63,480 nucleotides of DNA, filler included, from an uncultured virus (IMG/VR IMGVR_UViG_2049941000_000426) (6 parts of one record of this genome joined end to end with filler, not necessarily neighbours in it); one strand, 5' to 3'. Shown: positions 19,378 to 29,658, numbered from the whole stretch's first letter. Program-made: numbers and translations. The notes: generated by a model not told the origin, from the sequence alone.

Positions 19378-20168
19378 TGGTAGACTGGCTGTCAATAAAG
19401 AAAGCGGCGGACGAGGAAGATTTGTATAAGAACCTCAGATCCCGTTTCTACAAGGAATGGGGATTGAACGAGGAGGAAGGACGCAAGTACCCAGACTGGC
19501 CGAAACTCAGTTTGAAGGAGCGGGATGAATTGCTCAGGAAGCTCGAGGGATGGATAGGGTGGAATGACGACAACGAGCCGCCGGAGTTTGGTGCTCTGTT
19601 AAGACGGCTTCATAAGATGCGGGATAACGCCGCTCTTGCGGCATATCTTCCGAGGAAGGGCACATTCGATCCAGACACGGTGAAGGATTATCATCATCTA
19701 GATGCTGTTCTTGGGCAAATGTCTCCAAAACAGCTTGAACGGATTCCGTTGACCGATAGAATGCGTGCAGGAAGCAAGAAAGGCTATTTTGGAAACTATG
19801 ATTATCCGGACTGGCTGTTTGAGCGGGGCGAGTTCGGGGAGAACGCCAGACGTGCCCATCTTGAGAAGAGAATAAACACTGTGGCTGACCTTATCAAATA
19901 TCGTCGCTGGCCCGATATGGCGAATCTTCCCAAAGCTGGACGAAAGCGTCACATAGATTGGAAGGTTGTGGACAAGTCGTTTGACCCGTACAAGGACTAT
20001 GACGAGAAGGGAGCTCTTTACCGTTTAAAGAACGGTGAATATCTGTATCCGTCTCCATATGATGAGCATGAACTTGTGTATGACAACGGTGTGCCTTTCT
20101 CCAACAAACAAGACTACTTTGCCTTTAACGACAAGGAAGGGAATCCGGTCTACAGGGAAAGGTTCTAA
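19377..20168 (+). CDS. Hypothetical protein with DW.SIKKAA leader
   Basis: MVDWLSIKKAADEE resembles MDWKSIKKAAEE. Confidence 0.7.
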   Translation: MVDWLSIKKAADEEDLYKNLRSRFYKEWGLNEEEGRKYPDWPKLSLKERDELLRKLEGWIGWNDDNEPPEFGALLRRLHKMRDNAALAAYLPRKGTFDPDTVKDYHHLDAVLGQMSPKQLERIPLTDRMRAGSKKGYFGNYDYPDWLFERGEFGENARRAHLEKRINTVADLIKYRRWPDMANLPKAGRKRHIDWKVVDKSFDPYKDYDEKGALYRLKNGEYLYPSPYDEHELVYDNGVPFSNKQDYFAFNDKEGNPVYRERF

Positions 20169-20179
20169 CAACTGGATAG

Positions 20180-20368
20180 ATGAACCACCCTAACCGATCT
20201 AAAGTCAAGAACAGCGTGCGTCACGGCTTCTACTGCTGGGGCTGTGACGCCGCAATCGTTTTGCCAGACAGGAAGTGTCCTGTTTGCGGGAAACGGAACA
20301 AGTCGTCCAGAACCGTCCGTTCCAGGGTCTCCGACGTCAGGAGACTGAAGGAAGACGGTTTCTTTTAG
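20180..20368 (+). CDS. Small basic zinc-ribbon protein
   Basis: CWGC..CPVC. Confidence 0.55.
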   Translation: MNHPNRSKVKNSVRHGFYCWGCDAAIVLPDRKCPVCGKRNKSSRTVRSRVSDVRRLKEDGFF

Positions 20369-20384
20369 CCTGTAGAACGCGATA

Positions 20385-20411
20385 AGAATTTTACAACGCG
20401 TTGGAAATTCT
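20385..20411. repeat. Conserved imperfect palindrome (copy 1)
   Basis: AGAATTTTACAACGCGTTGGAAATTCT; copies at 27569, 49391 and a variant at 508. Confidence 0.65.
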
Positions 20412-20417
20412 ACTAGC

Positions 20418-20452
20418 TAAAAACAAGCCTAAATAACGCAATAATAATGTGC
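20418..20452 (+). promoter_or_regulatory. Putative early/middle promoter motif
   Basis: AAAAACAAGCCTAAATAACGCAATAATAATGTG. Confidence 0.5.
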
Positions 20453-20748
20453 AGGGGAATATTACTCACGATATACCCCTGTTTTCCCACATATTCCGGA
20501 TGACTCCAACGAGTCAGGAAAGGAATATCTGGGCCGCCCGACCGGTGATTTTGTCTTGTGGCTCCTTCGGGAACCGCGACGCAAACACCATCGGACCGGG
20601 CAAGAAGGACTGTCATGCTTCCTCCGGCGTGGCGGTCCTTTTCCTGTTGATCCGGAGGAAATCCGTTTACCGCGCACGTCGCCCCCTTCGTGCGCGGTTT
20701 CGTTTTCAAGGTTAAGGGGAACCGAAGGTCCGGGGCCAGGACCTTAAA
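20452..20748 (+). ncRNA. Candidate ~300-nt structured RNA with two tandem H-type pseudoknots
   Basis: Six hairpins including a cUUCGg loop; loop TTCCTCCG(G) complementary to CCGGAGGAA; loop CCCCTT complementary to AAGGGG. Confidence 0.55.
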
Positions 20749-20763
20749 GTCGGCGATAGAGTC

Positions 20764-21375
20764 ATGATGTTCCATCTAGGAAACACGTTGTTCAATGACC
20801 AGGATCTGGTCGACACAAAACCCTCCAGGATTCTGGAGGCCTTCAACGACGAGGCCTACAGCCTTGACCGCTCGCACTTCTTCTACGGAAGGGCTGTGAG
20901 CAACGCCCTCCACCCCGACAGGAAGCTGTCGGACTACAACTTCGACGGCGCCAATTTCGAGTGGCGGCCGATCGCGACCAAGGGGACGGGCAACGGCGGA
21001 TGGTTCGTCGCCGTAAAGCCGGTCACCCCGGCCGCCCGGAAGCTGATGTGGGAGCGAGACCAGATCCTGCAGACGGTCTTCAGCGGTTTCGACCTGAAGT
21101 CCATGATCCACTCGAAGAACCGTTTCTTCGAAATGGCGGACATCCTGTGGGACGTCTTCCTCCTCTATGGCGGTGGCCGGCTGAGGAAGGAGCGGTTCCC
21201 GTGGATGAAATGGGACGGCGACAAGTGGCTCCGCCGCTTCGCCGCCATGGACCTCTCCGCCTGGTGGAAGGTCGAACGGTCGCCGCAGGAGGTGCAGGAC
21301 ATCGCGAGGATGTGCGGAAGCATCCCGCGGTTGCTGAATGTCCAGGCCCTTGTCAAGGTCGGCATGGGCATGTAA
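20764..21375 (+). CDS. Hypothetical protein
   Basis: 203-aa ORF with phage-like codon usage. Confidence 0.7.
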   Translation: MMFHLGNTLFNDQDLVDTKPSRILEAFNDEAYSLDRSHFFYGRAVSNALHPDRKLSDYNFDGANFEWRPIATKGTGNGGWFVAVKPVTPAARKLMWERDQILQTVFSGFDLKSMIHSKNRFFEMADILWDVFLLYGGGRLRKERFPWMKWDGDKWLRRFAAMDLSAWWKVERSPQEVQDIARMCGSIPRLLNVQALVKVGMGM

Positions 21376-21385
21376 AAAGTCGCAA

Positions 21386-21458
21386 GCCCCGGTAGCATAA
21401 CGGAGAATGCCCCCGAGTCCTAATCGGGCGACTGCGGGTTCGAGTCCCGCCCGGGGCT
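21386..21458 (+). tRNA. trnR: tRNA-Arg (anticodon CCT)
   Basis: Full cloverleaf: GCCCCGG/CCGGGGC acceptor, GCAT/ATGC D-stem with A20, CCCGA-GTCCTAA-TCGGG, GCGGG-TTCGAGT-CCCGC; no encoded CCA. Confidence 0.9.
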
Positions 21459-21495
21459 TTTTCTTTAACCTTTAGCCAACAAGGAGAAAACAATC

Positions 21496-21768
21496 ATGGA
21501 AAAGGAATCTTTGTTCGTCCTTCTCGTCTACGCGGACGGTGAGGACTACTGCACACCGCATCTGTTCCGGGACATGGAGTCTGTCAAGAAATGGATCGAA
21601 GACGGCGTCCGTGAGGATTACGCCGAGTTCCTTGAGAGTTCCTACTACAATGAGGACCGTATGAATAAGGAAATCGATGAGATGCGGACGGCCATGGACG
21701 AGCGTGGTGGCTGGCGTGACACGCAGGGCAATCTCTACGACTGTCAGGAACGTGAAATAGAAGGATAA
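21496..21768 (+). CDS. Small acidic hypothetical protein
   Basis: AAGGAG RBS. Confidence 0.7.
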   Translation: MEKESLFVLLVYADGEDYCTPHLFRDMESVKKWIEDGVREDYAEFLESSYYNEDRMNKEIDEMRTAMDERGGWRDTQGNLYDCQEREIEG

Positions 21769-21777
21769 GGAGAACAC

Positions 21778-22287
21778 ATGGAAATTGATTTTAGCGACTT
21801 TCCGGCATTTGTGCGGGAATTCGGAAGATGGAGGGACCTCGTTATTGAAGAGATCTGCAACCGGTTGAAAGACGACAGGAGCCGAAAAGCCATCAAGGCC
21901 AGGGACAGCCGGCTGAATATAGAGGCCTGGTGGTCCGGCGACCCCGCGTGGGACAACGAGAAACAGACATACTTCTTGGCGGACGCCCTGAACGATGTCT
22001 TTTCCGACATCAACTGGGTGGTCTTCGAAAGAGTGCCCCGGAAGGACGGCGACGAGGCCGTCTGGGTGCTGGACCCCGACTGCGGGTTCACCATCCATGA
22101 GGCCAAGGCTGTCATGAACAAGGCCTGGCGTCTCGTGGAAAAGCAGTTCAATAGCTACAGGCTTCTCTTTCAAAAGGACTTCACTGTCCACAGGACCCGT
22201 CCGGCATGCCGCGTCCTGCTTGTTCGGAAGGAGGACTACGACGAAAGGAAATACAAGGACTGGGAAACAATAGGAGAGACAGAATGA
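21778..22287 (+). CDS. Hypothetical protein
   Basis: AAGGAG RBS; coupled to next gene. Confidence 0.7.
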   Translation: MEIDFSDFPAFVREFGRWRDLVIEEICNRLKDDRSRKAIKARDSRLNIEAWWSGDPAWDNEKQTYFLADALNDVFSDINWVVFERVPRKDGDEAVWVLDPDCGFTIHEAKAVMNKAWRLVEKQFNSYRLLFQKDFTVHRTRPACRVLLVRKEDYDERKYKDWETIGETE

Positions 22288-22422
22288 AGATCACATTCGA
22301 CATGAACATCGCGGTCATCTCGGAGGCGTACAAGGAAAGCGTGCGCGACCTGATGACCATCGCGCAGAACCTCAAATACGCCGACACGCAGTACTCCACC
22401 GCCACATCCAAGNNNNNNNNNN

Positions 22423-22992
22423 GTCGTTCTTTCGATCATCCTTGACCAGCTTTCTCCTCGCCCCTTCGATCAAGTGCTCGCTGTGCGTCTCTACGACGAC
22501 ATGCCGCTCGGCGGAAAGACTTGCCAGCCGTTCCCCCAGATCCCTCTGAAGGTCGGGATGCAGTCCGTTCTCAGGATGCTCGAACACATGGAGAACATCC
22601 CCTGTTTCCTTGATAAAACCCGAGACTTCCTCAAGCTTCTTGTCCGGGCGCAGGGAGTTGAACGAGCCTCTATGAAACATGAAGCGGCCGTTGGACAAGG
22701 GGTTCCAGCCTTCCGGAAAGGAAGGCTTCAGCCACAGCGTGTCGTTGCCGCCCACGACGGAAAAACCGTCCACCGATATTTCCAGATCACGACTCTTGTC
22801 CAGAAAGTCCGGAAAGAGAAGCTCGGTCTCCATGACACCCTCCTCGGTCAAGAAGGACAACTCAGCGACCTTGGACAAGGCGGCCAGAACGACGCTCTTT
22901 CCAGAGCCGTTCATGCCTGTCAGAAATGTCATGGGGCGTATGTCTATGAAAAAAACATCAAAACATCTGAAATTGCTTATGCTAAGTATCAT
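22423..22992 (-). CDS. Minimal ABC-type/AAA ATPase (AAA_15/AAA_21-like), 3' truncated
   Basis: ISNFRCF, GMNGSGKS Walker A, VFEHPENGLHP Walker B/D-loop, VETHS H-loop. Confidence 0.8.
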
Positions 22993-23103
22993 TTTCCATT
23001 TTTCCTTGTTTATTCTGCCGTCCTTGAAGGCGGACGGATTGCCGTTGTTTCTACCAAACCATCTCCTTGATTGTCTGGTCCAATGTCTTCATTCTTGTTC
23101 TCC

Positions 23104-23637
23104 TCATTTGTCGAAGTTATCCAGAAGGTTGATGGCGGGCTCCATATCCTGTCTGTTCAGCTCGGTGTCGTGAAGCGCTTTCCGCTGAATCTCCTTCCAG
23201 TTCTGGAAGACGGGCCACCAGAGGGCCTCCGCGCAGTAATGGCGAGATTCGGCGGGGCATTCCCAGACCGGGTCGAACCCGTCGTCGTTGTCCACGAGGA
23301 AGAACTTCCTATACCCGCTCCGGGAGATCTCGAGGTACAGCCAGAGGAAGCCCTGTTTCGAGACTTTCTTCTGTAGGTCGTTAATCTTCGCGACGCGGAT
23401 ATGGGTCGCGAAGATTTTGTTGTCCTGGAACCACTTAACGGCGCGTTCCCTGGCGGAGTTCAGCTTTCCGCCCACTCCAGGACAGCCAGCCACCCTAATG
23501 AACTCGTCCAGCTCGGCGTAGATGAGATCCCGGACGTCGCCGACCGTGAACGGCCGTTCGTCGAACGACCCGCGTTTGTCGATACTCGGGGAGTCCTCAT
23601 TATAGAAGGCGTCCCAGTTTTCAAACTCTTTCAACAT
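23104..23637 (-). CDS. Hypothetical protein
   Basis: AAGGAG RBS, 177 aa. Confidence 0.7.
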   Translation of the reverse strand: MLKEFENWDAFYNEDSPSIDKRGSFDERPFTVGDVRDLIYAELDEFIRVAGCPGVGGKLNSARERAVKWFQDNKIFATHIRVAKINDLQKKVSKQGFLWLYLEISRSGYRKFFLVDNDDGFDPVWECPAESRHYCAEALWWPVFQNWKEIQRKALHDTELNRQDMEPAINLLDNFDK

Positions 23638-24455
23638 TGTTGTTTACTCCTTTTACCAGCTTTCACCATCAAGCCCGTTACGGTTCAACAAGCGTCGGAC
23701 GGCCGCCTCGACGGCTCCCCACTTATCCCCTCTCAGGCAGAGAGCCTCCTGATAAATGGTCTTGATGAATTGCTGGACGAATATCCAGCACTCGTCCGGC
23801 ATTCCAGTGAAGACAGGGTTGTCCCGGATGTACGTCTCGTAGAACTCTCTCGGAGAGAGACCCTCGGGCAGCTCCTTGTCCGTTTCGTCATGATCGGTGT
23901 TTACCGCCACCANNNNNNNNNNACTCCACCGCCACATCCAAGGAACAGAACGAATGGCGCGACCGCTGCGTTGCGAAGCTGAAGGCCATCGAGGCGTTCT
24001 ATCTGACGGACAAAATCCTTCCTGAGTACGAGGTATCCGACTGGGTGTCGGACGTCCTGCGCATATCCCACTTCTCGGATGTCATGACCCGGGACGGCAA
24101 GTACAGTTGCACTCTTCATTACACACCGGGCTNNNNNNNNNNACTCGGATGCCATGACCCGGGACGGCAAGTACAGTTGCACTCTTCATTACACACCGGG
24201 CTGGATCAATCGGGACAACGCCTTCAAGGAGCTCTCTCGTGTGCTCAAGCTGGCGACGGGGAAGAAGGGCTGGAGGCTGTCGAGGAAAACGGAGGGTGAC
24301 GAGGGAATGGTTATAACGCTGACTTCGACGAACCAGCAAGGAAAAACCGTTTAACACNNNNNNNNNNNNNNNNNNNNNNNNNNNNNNNNNNNNNNNNNNN
24401 NNNNNNNNNNNNNNNNNNNNNNNNNNNNNNNNNNNNNCAATCAAAGGAGAAAATC

Positions 24456-24770
24456 ATGATTAAGAACTGCACACCGCACATCGTCCGCCTGAACGGCGGA
24501 ACGGAGTTCCAGCCTTGCGGGATCATTCCCCGCGTCGCCGAGCGCTATTCCGAGTGGACCCATGTCGACGACGCCCCCGTCTGCACGATAGACACGGGCG
24601 AGGTCATGGGCCTCCCCTTGGAGGAGACCGGCGTTTGTCTCATCGTCAGTTCAAAGGTATTTGACGCCTGCCCTGACCGTAAGGATCTCCTGACGCCTCT
24701 CACCAATCATCCTGCGGCTGTCCGAAAGGATGGCCAGCCTTACTCCGTCCCTGGTTTCAGAAGACACTAG
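24456..24770 (+). CDS. Conserved phage hypothetical protein (N.TPH...IVS..V....R.DL..P type)
   Basis: MIKNCTPH..P.G..PRV..GLP....LIVS..V...PDR.DLL.P. Confidence 0.65.
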   Translation: MIKNCTPHIVRLNGGTEFQPCGIIPRVAERYSEWTHVDDAPVCTIDTGEVMGLPLEETGVCLIVSSKVFDACPDRKDLLTPLTNHPAAVRKDGQPYSVPGFRRH

Positions 24771-25527
24771 GGAGGAACAAGTCATGGAGAGACTTAGAAA
24801 CCTGATAAAGAGTATAACCGGAGAGACACTCTCCGATACAGCGATTGATGACGCATTGGGGAAGAACGGCGACCCCACGAAACGGCTTGCCGTCGATCTT
24901 GCCCGGAAGCATTGGGACTCGTGGATGCCCGAAAGGGACATCCGGAGACTGGAACGGGATTATCACCGGATGATCCTTCCGCTGCGGCCGGTCTNNNNNN
25001 NNNNAAGAAGAATGATTGATCTATCTGAATCGACGTTATGGACGATAAACGGCGACCCCTTGAGGGTCTGCGCAAAAATGCCGAAGGCCCGTGGGTTCAA
25101 GGCATTCCTGCCCGACCTGTCATGCCGTCCGGAAAGGGGTCCCGTGTATTTCTATGAGGTCGGGAAAGACTACTGGGAAGCCAAGGCCGTNNNNNNNNNN
25201 TGACTGCATCGTGATCTGTCTTGAGATCCCGTCCGGGAAGGTGGTCGGCTACGATCTGCGGTTCAAGATGCTCATCTACGGCCATTCCTATGGCATGGGG
25301 ATGCAGATNNNNNNNNNNGACGACATGGGGAAGGAAGGTGATGACATTGACTTCATGAAACAGATCGCGAAGATCGTCCCGGAAGGGAATGTCGTCCATC
25401 TGAGATGGACCAGCCATGGCTTCTGCGGAGACATCTCATCGGGTGTTGTCACGGCGCTGAACGGAAAAGTGACCTTCACGTCGCTTGATAACATCGAGAA
25501 AGCCCATGTGGTCGAACTGACGAGGTA

Positions 25528-25630
25528 AAAAATGACGTAAAATACGTCATAATAATGTGATGGGAATATATGTTCCCAATTCCCCGAAGGCCCGATGGAT
25601 TCACGTCCATCGGGCTTTCCTTGTGTTTTA
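25528..25630 (+). promoter_or_regulatory. Promoter motif followed by a hairpin and terminator-like stem
   Basis: AAAATACGTCATAATAATGTG, TGGGAA..TTCCCA, GCCCGATGGA..TCCATCGGGC. Confidence 0.45.
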
Positions 25631-25669
25631 GCATCTAAAGAAAAGGAGGNNNNNNNNNNTTAGAGAGAC

Positions 25670-26240
25670 CACCGTATCGGACGGGTATGTCGAGCTTCGC
25701 TACAGTCGCGACTACGTCCCGGAGAAGAGGTTCGGTATCTGGTGTCAAGGGTCGTATGTCTACAGCGAGACACTGGAGGGGGCGAAGTCCCTGTTCCTTT
25801 CGAAGGACCTCATCCCGAAAGTGGAGGAGGCTGACTTCAAGGAGAAGATCGGGATGATGTTCCAGAAGGTCGCGCCGGCCATCACCGAAAAGCTTCATCC
25901 GAACACCCGCATTCGTCTGGACGACACGAGCTTCCCGGACGGGCGGATGACAATGGAAATAACAAGTGTCCAGAAGTGGGGCTTGCTGGTCCGTTTCCAT
26001 TGGTTCTACAACATGGACGAACGCCCAAGCGGGAATTACGACATCCGGTTCTCGGGAAGCAAGAATCCGGAGGAATTCATCAAAACAGGAAAGGACATCG
26101 CCGACAAGTACTGGGCGAATGTCTCGAACTGGAAACAGGACATTCTGATGTCCTTGGATCGTGTCTACAATACGTTAAAGACACTATTAGCTAACGGACA
26201 AGAAATTGCCCGTACCACAGAATCATCGGAAACGTTATAA
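25670..26240 (+). CDS. Hypothetical protein, 5' truncated
   Basis: Open frame from spacer through 25821..26240. Confidence 0.5.
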
Positions 26241-26553
26241 GGAACGATGATTTTCCAACGCGCCAAAGGGCGCAAGGAACACGACAATGCCAAGACTGGC
26301 ACAGCAAATCTTCCACGACTTCTTCTATTCCACCGGATATGGGAAAGGGAAGTCCAACACATCGTACGACGGGAATGTCTTCTGGTCGTACGCCACCGTC
26401 ATCGCACAGAAAATGGAGGGGGTGAAGGGCGAGAAGGTCCTGCTTCTCTCCCACTACTCCATGAGCCCCACGACAAGCGGGCATATCTCGGGGCTGCGTT
26501 CCGCCGTCCCGCCGGAGTATGTCGTCCTGTCGTTCCCGTTCAANNNNNNNNNN

Positions 26554-26838
26554 ACCATGGCTGGTCCATCTCAGATGAACAACATTCCCTTCCGGGACGA
26601 TCTTCGCGATCTGTTTCATGAAGTCGATGTCGTCACCTTCCTTCCCCATGTCGTCGGTCGTGTGGATCGAGCCCTCGCCGAAGATGGTCCAAACCCTTCC
26701 ATAAGGGGTGCTTCGTTTGGCTATCTTCACGTCCGAATGGCGGCTTGTCCACGCCCCCGCGACGATCGCCTTCAGCTCGGCCTCGTCGGTGACGGGAAAC
26801 TCATTCGTCTCAAAGCAGAAATAGTCTTCATCTTCCAT
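26554..26838 (-). CDS. Hypothetical protein; C-terminal allele at 25319..25528 (+)
   Basis: Shared DDMGKEGDDIDFMKQIAKIVPEG. Confidence 0.6.
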
Positions 26839-27030
26839 GAAAGCCCCCCTAGTCGACCTCTTCCATTGGCGCCATCATCATATCGGCGTGGTGGACCTTT
26901 CCTTTCTTCAGTAGATAAACCTCCGACATGANNNNNNNNNNNNNNNNNNNNNNNNNNNNNNNNNNNNNNNNNNNNTTAATTAATTAANNNNNNNNNNNNN
27001 NNNNNNNNNNNNNNNNNNNNNNNNNNNNNN

Positions 27031-27492
27031 NAGAGCCTGGAACATGTCACCGCCGAAGGCCTTGGCTTCGGGCATGAAGACGACGCCGATGGCTCGGACG
27101 CCGCCCATGAAGGCCAGACGTTCGGGGGAGACCGTCACGACGCTCTTCGTATTGAAGTAGAACGCGTCGATGACGATGTCCTTGTCCTCGATGGTCTGGT
27201 AGAGCTCCTGGTTGAAGACGAACAGGGCGCCTTTCTTCAGGAGGTCCTTCTGGGTGCGGATTTCAACATGGTTGACGACTTCCGCGATATCGGTGACGTC
27301 GACGGCTCCGTTATCGCCGAAGGAGAGGACGCGGTCCTCGTCGGTCTTGACGCCAAAGGCGCCGTCCGGGGTGACGAACACGGAACCGGGCACGAGGCTG
27401 CGGTTCAGGTTCTGGAACTTTTCGAACGGCGTGGCGCCGTCCGTCTTGACGGCAGCGTTCGGGGCCGTCGCCTTGGAGATTTCATCCATCAT
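27031..27492 (-). CDS. Hypothetical protein, 3' truncated
   Basis: AAGGAG RBS; strong codon bias. Confidence 0.7.
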
Positions 27493-27568
27493 TTTTTTTG
27501 TTACTCCTTTTTTGGTTTGTTTGTTCCGTCGGGAAGACCGAGGGGCCGGCCAGGGCCTTCCGTTCGGG

Positions 27569-27596
27569 GTGATTTTACAACGCGTTGGAGAATCAC
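27569..27596. repeat. Conserved imperfect palindrome (copy 2)
   Basis: GTGATTTTACAACGCGTTGGAGAATCAC. Confidence 0.65.
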
Positions 27597-29524
27597 TTCA
27601 CCAGCGCGTTGAACGTTTCGTTGTAGTCCTGCAGGATCTTGTCGAACGTGTCCTTCTGGGAGACGAAGACACGCTCTCCGAAGTTGACGGTGGCCTTCCA
27701 TTCACAGGCGTGGAAGTCGCCTCCCCAGTCGAAGTTCCACCAGCACTCCACCTTCAGATGGAGAGGGCACGGGGTGTCGACCCACTCGGCGGTGGAGTGG
27801 TAGTTCGTCCCCCACGGCTCATGGCTGAAGCGGACCTTCCCGATGGGCTGGCCTTCGAACTCATGCCCGTAGGCGTTGATGATCTCCTCGAACTCGGACT
27901 CGGGGCGATCCTCGTCCTTTTCCTGCTCATCTTCCTGCTCATCTTCCTGCTCATCTTCCTGCTCGTCGTCCTGCTCGTCGTCCTGTTCTTCTTCATCCTC
28001 TGTCTCGGCATAAAGATCAGGACCGCCAGGGATGTCATCATCCTCTTCTTCCTCGTCGCTGGTTTCCTCTTCAGGGAAGGCTTCGTCAATTGCCGCTTCG
28101 CACAACTCGGACACCTGTCTATGGTCGTAGAGCACGCTCATGCACCTTATGGTGTTCAGAAGGGTCGTCTCGAGATTGTGCCTCTCGTCTTCCCTCTCCT
28201 CGCCTTCGGGATCAGGCTTTCCTTCGGAATAAGGAATCCAGACTTTGCTTATCACGTTGTACTCATCCGCGAACAGCTTAAGCATGCTATCATCCGAAAT
28301 ACCCATCTTCTGCTGGGTCTTCCATACATCCGTCAGTCTATCCAGGACTTCCTTCGGGTAACCGATGGCGCGAAGGGCCTTCTGGATCTCCTCTTCGCTC
28401 ATGACCGTCTTCTTTTCAGGTGGAGGAACTGGCTGGGGATCGGAAGCCTCCACAGCAGCATAGCGACCTTCCGTTTCCGTCTTCATGTCAAAAGCGGCGA
28501 TTCCAATGGGTACTTCTCCGTCGTTTCCAAACGACATCAAAGCGCCTGTAAGACCGCCTTCCCCGACATTGTTGTCGAAGACAACGACCTTGTCCCAGAC
28601 ATGGTCTGAGATCTGGTCATCCATGAAAAGCTTCATATCCCCGTTGAGATTATTCTCCGTGATGAACTCGTCCAGATTCACAGGATTCACCCTCAACGCA
28701 TCCATGAGCTGCTTCGCCTCGTCCGGGCTGTTCACGGCGACCATCTTCGACCAAGGATAATCGCCGTCATGCCGAATTTTCAGTATTCGATGACTCCCGT
28801 CGACGACGAACACCCGTGTATAACCGCTCCAGCAGGTGACCCGGACACAGGGGACGATTCCCGGAAGAATATCGATGACGCCGCCTGTATAGCGGGCCAG
28901 GGTCGCCAAAGTGTTCAGCTTGCGCCAGTGACGTTCGAACAGGGCATGGGGACATTTTATGAAAAAGGACTTGACCGCAAACAGCAGATTGGAGAACTCC
29001 GAGACATTGTCCAGGGAAAGGAACACGCCCGCGACTTTATCACTGTCTCTGACTTCAAGTTCAATATTGTGGGCGCAGAATCCATAGACCTCGACAATGC
29101 TCCCCTCGGCATTCACCCGGAGATGGGGCGTTCCCTTGACCTCGATCTGCTTGTACTCGTAGCCTTCCTCTGCGGCCGTGATGAGCAACTCGGACATGAC
29201 GATGTACTGCTCGGCGAAGTTCTCGGGCTCGTCCTCCACGGAGTGCATCCTGATCAGGCATTCGGTTCCGGACACGATCTGGAGGATCAGACCCTCGTCG
29301 TCCCATTCATAACAGAACAGGACGTCACGTCCGACCAGCGGGCTGAAACGAATGAAGGACAGGCTGATCTTCTGCTTGTCCGCCGACAAGTCCTCCACTT
29401 TCAGGAGGATGTCCGTCGCGCCGACACGCATGTTCTTGTACAGCATCCGGATGACTTCTTTTGTCCTTGTGAAGCGGCTGCCGATCGGATACCGCGTCTT
29501 CAGGTACAGGTCCTGCTTGACCAT
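27593..29524 (-). CDS. Large hypothetical protein with acidic QEDE tandem repeat; N-terminus at 30756..31136
   Basis: 643-aa open frame; 12-nt tandem repeat ~27918..27990; overlaps the MVKQDLYLK allele. Confidence 0.7.
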   Translation of the reverse strand: MVKQDLYLKTRYPIGSRFTRTKEVIRMLYKNMRVGATDILLKVEDLSADKQKISLSFIRFSPLVGRDVLFCYEWDDEGLILQIVSGTECLIRMHSVEDEPENFAEQYIVMSELLITAAEEGYEYKQIEVKGTPHLRVNAEGSIVEVYGFCAHNIELEVRDSDKVAGVFLSLDNVSEFSNLLFAVKSFFIKCPHALFERHWRKLNTLATLARYTGGVIDILPGIVPCVRVTCWSGYTRVFVVDGSHRILKIRHDGDYPWSKMVAVNSPDEAKQLMDALRVNPVNLDEFITENNLNGDMKLFMDDQISDHVWDKVVVFDNNVGEGGLTGALMSFGNDGEVPIGIAAFDMKTETEGRYAAVEASDPQPVPPPEKKTVMSEEEIQKALRAIGYPKEVLDRLTDVWKTQQKMGISDDSMLKLFADEYNVISKVWIPYSEGKPDPEGEEREDERHNLETTLLNTIRCMSVLYDHRQVSELCEAAIDEAFPEEETSDEEEEDDDIPGGPDLYAETEDEEEQDDEQDDEQEDEQEDEQEDEQEKDEDRPESEFEEIINAYGHEFEGQPIGKVRFSHEPWGTNYHSTAEWVDTPCPLHLKVECWWNFDWGGDFHACEWKATVNFGERVFVSQKDTFDKILQDYNETFNALVK

Positions 29525-29658
29525 CNNNNNNNNNNAAACGCGTCGAGCTCGACAAACGCCCCGGGATGCTTTCTCGGATACCGTGGACGGTCCGAAATGA
29601 TGTACCCGGTGGGGTTGTCCCAGGGGGCGTGATCAAAAATCGCAAAGAAACTCATGAA

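Noticed and set aside
20496..20523. Hammerhead-like GGATGA..GAAA
   Set aside because: Core reads CGGAUGA rather than CUGAUGA, and the stem II/GAAA spacing and cleavage triplet do not fit
27918..27990. 12-nt tandem repeat
   Set aside because: In-frame coding repeat (QEDE/QDDE) in an acidic linker; no spacers, not CRISPR
27212..28609. Long antisense ORFs (also 807..1601, 28769..29632, 44074..44721)
   Set aside because: Shadow frames of GC3-rich genes on the opposite strand; no RBS or motifs
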